A stretch of 64,000 nucleotides of DNA from an uncultured Bacilli bacterium (GTDB lineage: Bacteria > Bacillota_I > Bacilli_A > RFN20 > CAG-826), in assembly GCA_944376605.1 (NCBI GenBank), contig CALWDE010000010.1:5287-69286 (forward strand), read 5' to 3'. Positions 9,601 through 17,263 of this stretch are shown here, piece by piece. How positions within the stretch are numbered: position 1 is the stretch's first letter; every line of letters starts with the position of its first letter. Under the pieces are notes generated by a model that ran no database searches, was not told the DNA's origin, and was given only the letters and a program-made list of their open reading frames with translations. Both the position numbers and the translations under genes were made by a program.

Positions 9601-10015
9601 CAATCCATCCTTCGATAACATTGGTAGTGCCGCCTGTGTTATCTGGTCCATAAGAGACAAGATTCACATGAACAAGACCTTCCTCATTAACACCGACAAT
9701 TAAGTTAATTGGTGCGCCAAAGCCAGAAGTACCCGTTACCACATAGCCCTTACCAATTTCGTTACCACTTGCATCAAGCGCGCTGCGGTAACCAGTAACA
9801 TATGTCTTTCCTGTTACTTCTACTAAATCACTAAAACTAGCGGCATCAGGGAAGCATTCCCGGAAAGCTGCTGTTTCTTTATCTTGACTATGACTAGAAA
9901 TAATACCTTCTGTAAAAGCGTTCACTGTACCAATAATGGCACCAGCTCCACCTCCCACTAAAGCAAGAACCGCTACAACACTTAAAACGTGTTTCCAATC
10001 AATTTTTAGTTTCAT
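6659..10015 (-). CDS. rnfG: giant RnfG-like subunit: N-terminal TM anchor plus about 8 tandem FMN_bind-like modules (1118 aa)
   Basis: It lies in the rnfG slot between rnfD and rnfE. The ATG at 10015 overlaps the rnfD TGA as ATGA; the track ORF extends to 10123 inside rnfD. It has the TM helix HVLSVVAVLALVGGGAGAIIG and repeated ~130 aa modules. Three of them carry [ST/A]GA[ST]-type motifs (TTGASNS, SAGASYAT twice). Confidence 0.75.
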   Translation of the reverse strand: MKLKIDWKHVLSVVAVLALVGGGAGAIIGTVNAFTEGIISSHSQDKETAAFRECFPDAASFSDLVEVTGKTYVTGYRSALDASGNEIGKGYVVTGTSGFGAPINLIVGVNEEGLVHVNLVSYGPDNTGGTTNVIEGWIDSINEDPANLENGVTTGASNSAGVIREMIAEALASYEGGGSTPLPDGAQKYLDLFEGATSVGDEVTLSGTYLTSYREVYGANNALLGRGYLGAGTNGFGVHIEILVGLDTNYAVTGMSLEDYSGGTPAETEDTIKDWVDSVNEDPSNFDTAPSAGASYATIQSIVTEAISDYQDGGSSSENQKYLDLFEGAASTGNEVTVTGDYITSYREVYDSANTLLGRAYLGAGTNNFGVHIEILVGLDTNYAVTGMLLEDYSGGNPAETEDTIKDWVDSVNEDPSNFETAPSAGASYATIQSIVTEAISDYQNGGSSSGELTEEEQAAYDALLPDAIWGDVQSVEGHDFVKTTRLALDDNGDTLATVYQATYEQSGDSLGILVSVDADKNIKVGYYTSSYDAAYVTGVKGWIEKINNGTVDYRDDIATSGCEQAAYSIAAMLDEVKEIAGITDPTENPDLTAPEEVTTMLPAASSWSEKVSISNVWYAYAYYSAYDAEGEEIGRVYAVRLETAADNTFYVALNADASFVEVKLISTALTDTALTALNEWISSTNSSKTLTAPDSENAAASEINSLIGAIEDAQRDYGVNVEEDISAKIGEVVTKNFGENAKYDTMGGNFTLAGTPEVGKTYYSVYVPSSDPLGGTPTYPGNVYVANIKEDSYSATLLISVGDLVTDEVSDVVSAVDVVSETGTRNEETVNRISTALVEYYKGTLPTDEPDEPVEPNPADGYTLEEAMNEAFTPSCYYESATSIDGSSIFTEYYDVTYEGSQGRMFTGSILAGSETISFYVAVDNADFTSIYISSWGEYEHISALLDWASSYNNREEPVAGADISDVVASLKTAMNEASNFDPDAPSTSIPDIVNEFIEDGTYASGSSIGAATTIDDTFTSYDVLLLGEPFAQIVTFNVTVESHTFECALAFADDAYSIRGLKIANTDGYTNFEDLKTWASSIETLFGGSNLTGDETYYAVATAIYDQCFNAYLAIA
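8660..9457 (-). repeat. 2 x 399 bp in-frame tandem duplication inside rnfG (modules 2 and 3)
   Basis: The string ttgataatcggaaat(a/g)gcctccgttacaatgctttgaatggtcgc recurs at 8684 and 9083, a 399 bp period. The encoded 133 aa units, both starting QKYLDLFEGA, differ at about 19 positions by manual alignment. Confidence 0.9.
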
Positions 10016-11160
10016 GAGATTTTTCCTCCATAATAGATCCCTAAAAGTAGGACCAAAATAACTGCAAAGATAATGCCTCCTACAAGGAGTGCTTTTTTCC
10101 AAGTCCAGCGAGAACTTGCCCATTTGGGATAATCAAGCGCCGGAGTAAGAAGGTTAGCAAGAAGAATCGAATAACCAACTCCCTCTGGACTGCTTGAGAA
10201 TAAACGAATAATGACAGTTAAACAGCCCGCGATTAAAGCGTACATATAACGGCCAGGTTTCGTTACGGGAGAAGTAACAGGATCAGTTAGCATAAAGGTC
10301 GCACCAAACAGCATCCCGCCCGATAAAAATTCAAAGCCAATAAAGTGCCAAGCATTGAAATTATCCACAAGACCGCTTGATGCAATCGCAATGGACGCAA
10401 TCGCCATCAAAGCGGTAAACGTCCCAATGTAGGTGAAGGTGATTCGCCAGTCAATCGCTTGACGAAGAAGTAAATAAAGTAAGCCAACAAGGATAAGCAC
10501 CTTGCAAACTTCACCCATCGCTCCTTGCGTTTTTCCAAGGAATAAATCAAGAAGAGAAATATCCGCAATAGAGGAATATCCTCCGCTAGAGATTCCGCTT
10601 AGCACTGTGCCGCCTGTTGTGATATCAATAATAGGCGAAGTGCCTTCTGTCCAGTAAATGGGCGAATATGTCATGGAACTGCTGAAAGATAAACGCGTAA
10701 TCAGCATCCCTACTGCCGCAGGGTTAAAAATGTTATGTCCTGTCCCGCCAAAAACCAGTTTAGCAAAGACAATCCCGCATAAGGCACCAATAAAAACGCC
10801 ATACCAAGAAGTAGAAGCTGGAAGACACATCCCGTAAATAAGAGCGCTGACAAGAGGCGCCAAAGCATTTAAGGGAGTGTAACTCTTTATCGCATAAAGG
10901 AACTTCTCTTGGAAAGAATGTTTCATGCCGTCATAGGGCATCTTTCCTTTAATCATAACAAATACCCACTCGGCAAGAAGCATCGTGGGAATAGAAATGC
11001 CAAAGACCTTTAACGCGTCAAGTCGGTAAATAATAAAGGAAAAAATAAGAAGAGGGAGTAAGGCAAGAATGACATCAAGCATCATGATCGAGGCGCTATC
11101 TCTGCGTCTCACGTGAGGACTTGGTTCTTGCAAACTGCGTACTGGATTCATTTCACTCAT
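10012..11160 (-). CDS. rnfD: Rnf complex subunit D
   Basis: A polytopic NqrB/RnfD pattern with a flavinylation-type motif ITTGGTVLSG. It overlaps both rnfC and rnfG. Confidence 0.9.
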   Translation of the reverse strand: MSEMNPVRSLQEPSPHVRRRDSASIMMLDVILALLPLLIFSFIIYRLDALKVFGISIPTMLLAEWVFVMIKGKMPYDGMKHSFQEKFLYAIKSYTPLNALAPLVSALIYGMCLPASTSWYGVFIGALCGIVFAKLVFGGTGHNIFNPAAVGMLITRLSFSSSMTYSPIYWTEGTSPIIDITTGGTVLSGISSGGYSSIADISLLDLFLGKTQGAMGEVCKVLILVGLLYLLLRQAIDWRITFTYIGTFTALMAIASIAIASSGLVDNFNAWHFIGFEFLSGGMLFGATFMLTDPVTSPVTKPGRYMYALIAGCLTVIIRLFSSSPEGVGYSILLANLLTPALDYPKWASSRWTWKKALLVGGIIFAVILVLLLGIYYGGKIS

Positions 11161-12458
11161 AATTTGGCAATCCTTTTGGCCCTCCTTACAAATTCCGTAA
11201 CATTAATGTGACTTGTACAAGCATATGCACATAAGCCGCATTCGACGCAGCGTTCAGGGTGTAATGATTTTACTTTTGCTTTATCCCCTGCTTTTACTGC
11301 ACTAGCAATAAGAACAGGCATTAGATGAGTAGGGCAGCTATAAACGCAAGACCCGCAACGGACGCAAGGATCTGCTTTATAGGGTGCTTCATCTAAAACA
11401 AGAAGAGAGGTTACTGTTGGAGAGCAGATGACATCATCAGAATTTACTGTGTTCCCCATCATAGGACCGCCAAAAATAAGACGTTTCTTCTTACCTGAAT
11501 CGGTATAACCTCCGCATAAAGCGACAAGATCTTGGATAGGGGTACCAATTCTCACTTTGAAGAATTTTGGATTTACCACGCCGTCTCCATGAATTTGCAC
11601 ATATCTTTCTAAAAGAGGAGTGCCATAACGAATGGCAAGATATAAGGAATAAATAGTAGCAACGTTATATTCCAAAACGCCATATTCTGCAGGAAGATGG
11701 CCGCTTTCTACTTCAATGCCAGTCGCACTTTTAATACAAGCAACTTCCCACCCTTGTGGATAAAAGTTATACACTTGGCAATAGGAAACTCCGCTGCCTT
11801 CCTCTCCTGCCAAAGCGCTGCTAAAGGTGGACTCTAAATCTTTATAAATCCACTTTGCACAAATCTTGCCTTCTTTGGCTCCAACCGCCTTCATTAAATA
11901 CTTCACGCCCTCAATAATCTCATGAGGATGTTCGAGCATTAAGCGGTGGTCACTAGCTAAGGAAGGTTCACATTCCACTCCGTTAATCACAATGGTGTGG
12001 ATATCGTGTTCACCTTGCAGTTTGACATAGCTAGGGAAGGAAGATCCTCCAAGTCCAACAAGTGCCATATCTTTCATGATGTTGAGCACATCATCTTTCG
12101 TTAAAGAAGCAATCTCTTCTTCGCTCCTCTCATGGCAAAGGGAGCTTAATTCATCCTGGAAATCATTTTGAATCTTCAAAAAGTCACAGGTTTTGCCCGT
12201 ATGGTGAAGGTGTTTTTCAATGCCAAGATAAGTTCCTGAAACAGTGGAAATAATCGGCTGTTCAAAGAATGGACCTTTCCGCATTCCGAGTTTGTCGCCA
12301 ATCTTGACATGATCCCCTTCTTTGACATCAAGCGTGTAAGAAGCGCATCTTCCATTTGTACCTGCTAAAAATACAAAAAGAGGAAGGGGAGCTTCCTCTA
12401 ACTCCTGATGAGAAAGAAGTACCGCGGGCAGTTCAATATGCCTTGCTTTCGCTATCAT
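11157..12458 (-). CDS. rnfC: Rnf complex subunit C (NADH-binding, 2 x 4Fe-4S)
   Basis: It has GLGGSSFPSYVKL (SLBB/NADH site) and two ferredoxin motifs, CVRCGSCVYSCP and CVECGLCAYACTS. Confidence 0.9.
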   Translation of the reverse strand: MIAKARHIELPAVLLSHQELEEAPLPLFVFLAGTNGRCASYTLDVKEGDHVKIGDKLGMRKGPFFEQPIISTVSGTYLGIEKHLHHTGKTCDFLKIQNDFQDELSSLCHERSEEEIASLTKDDVLNIMKDMALVGLGGSSFPSYVKLQGEHDIHTIVINGVECEPSLASDHRLMLEHPHEIIEGVKYLMKAVGAKEGKICAKWIYKDLESTFSSALAGEEGSGVSYCQVYNFYPQGWEVACIKSATGIEVESGHLPAEYGVLEYNVATIYSLYLAIRYGTPLLERYVQIHGDGVVNPKFFKVRIGTPIQDLVALCGGYTDSGKKKRLIFGGPMMGNTVNSDDVICSPTVTSLLVLDEAPYKADPCVRCGSCVYSCPTHLMPVLIASAVKAGDKAKVKSLHPERCVECGLCAYACTSHINVTEFVRRAKRIAKL

Positions 12459-12551
12459 GTTTTTTACTTCACTTTCCTTTGGAAAGAATAGCGAGGAAAA
12501 GAAGAGGTAGCAAGAGGGGGATACAAAAAAAGGGGCTTTTTACATCGTTTT

Positions 12552-13678
12552 TTATGACAAAAGAAAGAAAACAAGGTTTCCCATTAAAAAGCTAAATAGA
12601 TTCGCGCCAAAAGATAATAAAAAGGTTAGAAGTTTTTCTTTACCGTGAAAAAACTTACTTTGAAAGTAGAAAAATTCCGTAAAAATGACAAGGATCTCAA
12701 GAAAAAAGAGAAAGATCGAAAGATAAATAGGAAAGAGAATTTCAGAAAAAGGAAGATATAACAAATGGAGTGTTACGTTGGTAATTAAGTTAAAAAGAAG
12801 TAACTGGGATATAAATTTTTTACTGCGAAAGAGGGAAGCAAATGGTAAATAAAAAATATCTCAAAGCCTTCTATTAAAAGAAGAGAAGTTCCTATAAGAG
12901 GGAAAGCGCCAAAATGATCCACTAATATTCCCCCCAATTAGTTTTCCTAAAAAGATTCCTATTGAGGTATAAAGGAAAGCGTAAGCTACACTCTCTCCGC
13001 TATTATAACTCCCTATCAAACCTCGCAAGAAGATAGAAAGAGCAAGAAGTAACAAAAGAAGCGCGCCTTCTTTGAAAGAAGGCATCACTGAAATCCCTGC
13101 AATATCCTTTCTTTTTATTTGATTTTGCATCCAGTAGTAAAAAAGAATAGGGAAAGCAATTGCGCAGATGAATTAGAAAAAGAAATATAAAATTAGATTT
13201 ACTAAAAGGACAAATTCGTTGCGGATAAGATCAGAAGAAGTCAATGCCACCGCAATCGCGCCAAAAGAAATAAAGACGCCTAGTTCCCCTGCGCTTGCCT
13301 TCTCCTCCATCAGTCTTCTGCCAACTGTAACATGGAATAAGCAGTTCCCTATTCCAGCTAAAGGAAGCGAAAGACCAAGTGTTAAAGGAATGGTATAAGC
13401 ATTCAAAAAGAAAATAGGAAGGATACCAATTAGGATAAGAAGAGGAGATAAACAAAAAGATAAGGGTCGAGTTTACCGTTTGTGTGATCTAGCAATAATC
13501 CAACTGGACCTTGAAGCAAAAAGGCAAAAACAATGTAAATCGATAAGGCAAGAAAAGGAATGTAATTATTCTCGTCAAAAAAGCCATTACCTGCCCAGGT
13601 TGCTCAATAAAAAATCATTAGAGAAAGAAAATCGATACCAAAGTGAAGAATACCAAACCCTAATGCTTTTTTTATAAC
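12552..13678 (-). pseudogene. disrupted polytopic (MFS-like) transporter gene
   Basis: Hand translation joins hydrophobic segments across five disruptions: an in-frame TGA (13604-13606), a TAA plus frameshift (about 13430), an in-frame TAA (13173-13175), a frameshift at a C6/G6 run (12930-12935), and a further stop plus shift near 12790. There is no ATG at the 5' end. Two G-x-L-(L/V)-D-H-x-x-G loops suggest MFS-type internal symmetry. Confidence 0.6.
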
Positions 13679-13690
13679 TTAACTATATAT

Positions 13691-13716
13691 CAAAAAAGGG
13701 AGACACGAAGTCTCCC
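13691..13716 (-). terminator. rho-independent terminator after the LacI-family gene
   Basis: On the minus strand, GGGAGAC-ttcgt-GTCTCCC (7 bp stem) is followed by TTTTTT. Confidence 0.65.
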
Positions 13717-13730
13717 CTGCCCCTTTTCTT

Positions 13731-14729
13731 TTAATTCATCGTAGAATTTCTAGTTACAAGACGCGCTTCGAAACTGTAACTCTTATCGTATAGTTTATCG
13801 TTGATTAAATCGATAAGCATGTACATCGCTCTGCGGCCAACCTCTTGCAAATCAATTTCTAAAGAAGTCAGCATTGGGCGCACAATATTGGCATATTTTG
13901 TTCCAACTAGAGACAAAATCTCTACTGCTTGAGGAACGTCCAAATGGCTATCTGTCGCTGCATTTTCTACTGCTGCGGCAATCGAGTCACGATAAGCGAT
14001 GTAATAGCCTTCTCTTTCCTCTTTGAAACGTTCTAAGAAATCGTAATAGGTTCTCTTATAGGAATCATCAACATTAATGATTTGATATGGCTTTCCTAAG
14101 CGTTCATGCGTGACGCGGAAGATTTGTTCGCATTGCGATAAAAGTTGTCCTCCATCATGAACATGAAGGAAGGTCATAGGACGGTCATTTCTTTGGTAAT
14201 GTTCTTCAATAATCGTTTCTAAAAGCCTGCCATAAGAGAGAGAAATACTTCCAGTCTTCTCTCCCTGAAGATTTTTATTAATCACAATAGTAGGAACACT
14301 ATAAGAATTTAAATTAATAACATCTTCTTCTGAAAGTTCATCATCGAAGACAATTGCCCCGTCAACATGGGTAACAATTACCTTTTCTAAAGTTTCTAAC
14401 GCTTCTTCTCTACTATGTGAGGTTGTAAAAACAGTTAAAGTAAAGCCTTTTTCCTTGGTAACTTCGGTAATGCCGTTCAAGATATTAGAAATATAAACAT
14501 AGTTGGCGCTAGGAATGATAAGCCCAATATTAGTGGTCTTATTTGTAGCAAGTGCCTGCGCAAGTCCGCTCGGTTTATAGCCAAGCTCTTTAATGGCGTT
14601 TTCTACGCGCTCTCTCGTATCCGAAGTAACGTTTCCTTTTTTATTAATGACGCGGCTCACCGTCGCTAAAGAAACATGAGCCTTTTGTGCAACTTGATAA
14701 ATGGTAACTCTATCTTTGGTGTTTCGCAT
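13731..14729 (-). CDS. LacI family transcriptional regulator
   Basis: It has the HTH segment VTIYQVAQKAHVSLATVSRVINKKGNVTSDTRERV and a periplasmic-binding-fold C-terminus. The ATG at 14729 is preceded by GAAGGGGG; the track start at 14750 is upstream. Confidence 0.85.
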   Translation of the reverse strand: MRNTKDRVTIYQVAQKAHVSLATVSRVINKKGNVTSDTRERVENAIKELGYKPSGLAQALATNKTTNIGLIIPSANYVYISNILNGITEVTKEKGFTLTVFTTSHSREEALETLEKVIVTHVDGAIVFDDELSEEDVINLNSYSVPTIVINKNLQGEKTGSISLSYGRLLETIIEEHYQRNDRPMTFLHVHDGGQLLSQCEQIFRVTHERLGKPYQIINVDDSYKRTYYDFLERFKEEREGYYIAYRDSIAAAVENAATDSHLDVPQAVEILSLVGTKYANIVRPMLTSLEIDLQEVGRRAMYMLIDLINDKLYDKSYSFEARLVTRNSTMN

Positions 14730-14796
14730 ATGATTGCCCCCTTCAATCAAATCTTATGCTTCCATTATGGGTCTATTGTGTTCCATTTTCCAATAA

Positions 14797-14836
14797 AATT
14801 TATGAAATTTTCATTCATAATTTATGAAATTTTCAT
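14797..14836. promoter_or_regulatory. two 18 bp direct repeats (candidate operator pair) upstream of the LacI gene
   Basis: AATTTATGAAATTTTCAT occurs at 14797-14814 and again at 14819-14836, a 22 bp period. Each copy contains the inverted repeat TGAAA-T-TTTCA. Confidence 0.35.
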
Positions 14837-14879
14837 GGAAAATTACATTTTTAACAACGCAAATGACACATATAATCGA

Positions 14880-14893
14880 AGAAAGCGCTTTCT
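14880..14893. promoter_or_regulatory. perfect 14 bp palindrome, cre/LacI-operator-like
   Basis: AGAAAGCGCTTTCT differs from the idealised CcpA cre TGAAAGCGCTTTCA only at the two outer positions. It lies about 150 bp upstream of the LacI-family gene. Confidence 0.45.
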
Positions 14894-14902
14894 AAAAAGT
14901 AT

Positions 14903-14930
14903 GAAAAAAGCACCCAAGAAAATTGGATGC
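14903..14930 (-). terminator. rho-independent terminator after the pncB-like gene
   Basis: On the minus strand, GCATCCAA-ttttc-TTGGGTGC (8 bp stem with one G-T pair) is followed by TTTTTT. Confidence 0.55.
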
Positions 14931-14943
14931 TTTGTTTTCTTTC

Positions 14944-16053
14944 TTAATAAATAGGATAAGGAACCTTCTTTAAACGCGCTGAAGGAATATCTTTTCTTCC
15001 TTCTTTTGCTTCATCTTTTCCGTCAATTTTTACTAAGTCTCCTGTAAAGCCAACGGTTGTGTTATTGACAAGAGATGTACCTACTCCGTACATATCAACA
15101 GGAACACCAAGACGCGTCCACTCTTCAATCTTCTTTGCTGTAAAGCTAGAAGAAACGGTAATTTTTACCCAATCATAACCGTTTTGAATGAGAGCTTTCT
15201 TTAAAGCGTAAATGAGTTCTTTACATACTCCATGCGGATCAAAACCGCTTGTATCCTTATCATCAAAATAGTGATCAATTAAGGATTTCGAAGTATCAAC
15301 TCTCACTCCTGCTAAATCTCTTCCTAATTCTTTGGCAGCATATAAGGTATCGCGAATAACATTATTATGATAATCAATAAGACAGGTTAGTTTTTCATTT
15401 GGAAAAGTAGCGCGATACATTTTGGCTGCTTTGACAATATCGCCACCAGCAATTTCAATTAGAGCGTGAGGCATTGTTCCCATGCCTTTTACCCCTACCC
15501 AAGAGCCTTGTGCATCCGTGCTGAATTTTTTGATACCAGCAACATAAGTGCTATAGCCGTCCCCTGCTTGTGTTAAATAGTCATCTTGCCGGTCAGCCAT
15601 AGAAAAACAGTCTGTTCCTCTTAAGGCAGTAACCACATCTTTGACGTTTGTTGCGACAGAACTTCTTCTTGCTAAAACACCGTCTAAAATCGATTCTAAA
15701 AATCCAAAATCTTCGTATTTCCCATATATTTTTAATACAGGTTCCCCAGCAGAGGCAATATCTCCATCATGAAGAGCGAAAATTTCTAGATTCTCAGGAT
15801 GAAAAGCAAACTTATGAAGAATAGCAATGCACTCATCAATTCCGCATACCATCGTATTATCACGCCTTTGGAAGAACTGCTCTTCCACAATATGGCCAGG
15901 TGCTTGCTCTGCGACAATTTTTCGCGTCTTTAAAAAGTAATTCGCGCTCCAAAAACCTTCCCCAATTCTCTTATCTAAATGAAAAGTTTTATCTGTTAAA
16001 CGCGAAATTTTTCCCGCTTCTTTTAACTTAATTTCAAGCTCTTCCATACTCAT
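14944..16053 (-). CDS. nicotinate phosphoribosyltransferase-like (type II PRTase family)
   Basis: A 369 aa protein whose N-terminal pattern ...FWSANYFLKTRKI... and central GTMPHALIE-type segment resemble short-form NAPRTases. The assignment rests on memory of the family. Confidence 0.65.
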   Translation of the reverse strand: MSMEELEIKLKEAGKISRLTDKTFHLDKRIGEGFWSANYFLKTRKIVAEQAPGHIVEEQFFQRRDNTMVCGIDECIAILHKFAFHPENLEIFALHDGDIASAGEPVLKIYGKYEDFGFLESILDGVLARRSSVATNVKDVVTALRGTDCFSMADRQDDYLTQAGDGYSTYVAGIKKFSTDAQGSWVGVKGMGTMPHALIEIAGGDIVKAAKMYRATFPNEKLTCLIDYHNNVIRDTLYAAKELGRDLAGVRVDTSKSLIDHYFDDKDTSGFDPHGVCKELIYALKKALIQNGYDWVKITVSSSFTAKKIEEWTRLGVPVDMYGVGTSLVNNTTVGFTGDLVKIDGKDEAKEGRKDIPSARLKKVPYPIY

Positions 16054-16652
16054 TACCTCTCTTTGGGAAGATAAAAATCTTCACCAGGTTGATATCCTTC
16101 TGGGAAGAAGGGTTTTTCTTTCTCTTCCCCAAGCCGTAAAGAATAGGGAGAAGAAAGATGCACCTCAACAGGAATATTATGGTCAAGATGAGAGGAGAAT
16201 AAAGTGCCATCTCGTTCAATACATCCAGGCATTGCTGCTACAACCATATCACCGACTTTTAAAGGAGATAAAGAAGTGACTGTCTCATAAGTTTTTTCTC
16301 CTTCGAGAGTAACGATTTTCTCTTTTTCTGACAAAGGATGGTCTTCTATTTTTGTCACTTTTAAAACAAGATAACCAGAATCGAGAGTAGGAGGTAAAGG
16401 TGATAAATCGTTCTCTTGTAAAAGGGAGTTAACAATCTCCATTAACTCTTCGCCAGGTGTTGCAATCATTCCGTGCGAATATAGACGAATAATGCGTGAA
16501 ACATGAAAGAAATTCACTCCTACCAAATCAGCATCATGATAAAGAAGTGCCGCGTTCTTTTTTGTGATAACTTTGTTAGGAGTTACTTCCGGTTTTAAAA
16601 GAAGAAAAAGCACATCTCCTGTTACTTCATGGTTATAAAATAAGCGGTACAT
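16053..16652 (-). CDS. YtpR-like tRNA-binding-domain protein
   Basis: A ~200 aa protein with an N-terminal DUF4479-like region and a C-terminal OB-type segment (VLKVTKIEDHPLSEKEKIVTLEGEK...GDMVVAA), as in the B. subtilis YtpR family. Confidence 0.55.
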   Translation of the reverse strand: MYRLFYNHEVTGDVLFLLLKPEVTPNKVITKKNAALLYHDADLVGVNFFHVSRIIRLYSHGMIATPGEELMEIVNSLLQENDLSPLPPTLDSGYLVLKVTKIEDHPLSEKEKIVTLEGEKTYETVTSLSPLKVGDMVVAAMPGCIERDGTLFSSHLDHNIPVEVHLSSPYSLRLGEEKEKPFFPEGYQPGEDFYLPKER

Positions 16653-17263
16653 TATTGTCCCTCCTTTTGGAAAACGATACGGTGAATCTTTTTACCTTCC
16701 GCGCGAAAGTTCCTCTCATATTCACTCATAACATCACTCTCCTCTAAAGAATAATCTTCTTCTACTTTAAGAAAAGAGAAACCGGCAAGAGGAATTGCTT
16801 TGAGGCCATATTCAAAAAGAGAATCATTATCTGTTTTAAAGCGAACTTCGCCATCAGGGGCTAAAAATTTTCCGATTTCTTTTAAGCGCGGAGGATAAAG
16901 AAGTCTTCTTTTTTCATGTTTCTTTTTTGGCCAAGGATCAGAAAAATTTAAATAAATGATTTGGAACTGACCTTCGTGAAAATAAGAAACACACTTATCA
17001 AAATCGAGAGGCAATATTTTAAGTGCTAATTTCTCTTCCTCTTGCAAAAGTTTCTTTAAAAAGAGGCCCGCACAAGAAATATCACGCTCAAGAGCAACTA
17101 AGCAGTGTCCTTTTTTGGCCATGCCAATGGCAAAATCGCCTTTCCCCGCGCCAATCTCGCATTCTTTAGCTTCCTTGAGGAAAGAATCTTGCTCATTAAA
17201 AATAACGTATTCGGGATGCGCTTCTAGCAATGGCTTAGCCCAACTTTTAAATCTTCCTCTCAC
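16652..17263 (-). CDS. trmB: tRNA (guanine46-N7)-methyltransferase
   Basis: It has the FSDPWPKKKHEKRRL signature and the SAM motif EIGAGKGDF. Confidence 0.85.
   Translation of the reverse strand: MRGRFKSWAKPLLEAHPEYVIFNEQDSFLKEAKECEIGAGKGDFAIGMAKKGHCLVALERDISCAGLFLKKLLQEEEKLALKILPLDFDKCVSYFHEGQFQIIYLNFSDPWPKKKHEKRRLLYPPRLKEIGKFLAPDGEVRFKTDNDSLFEYGLKAIPLAGFSFLKVEEDYSLEESDVMSEYERNFRAEGKKIHRIVFQKEGQ

Noticed and set aside
10016-10123. The track ORF gives rnfG an N-terminal extension (MGKFSLDLEKSTPCRRHYLC…).
   Set aside because: The extension lies entirely inside the rnfD coding region. The ATG at 10015 gives a typical ATGA stop/start overlap and a sensible N-terminal TM anchor. The same logic applies to the kinase extension (31775-31957, inside the PP2C gene) and the ATP-grasp extension (42689-42757, overlapping atpC).
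13604-13606. An in-frame TGA within a hydrophobic reading frame (…MIFY-TGA-ATWAGNG…) could indicate the mollicute genetic code 4, in which TGA encodes Trp.
   Set aside because: Well-supported genes in the window terminate at TGA: rnfD at 10012-10014 in an ATGA overlap, and the PP2C gene at 31767-31769. Trp is encoded by TGG throughout. The same locus also carries in-frame TAA stops and frameshifts, so it is a pseudogene rather than evidence of recoding.
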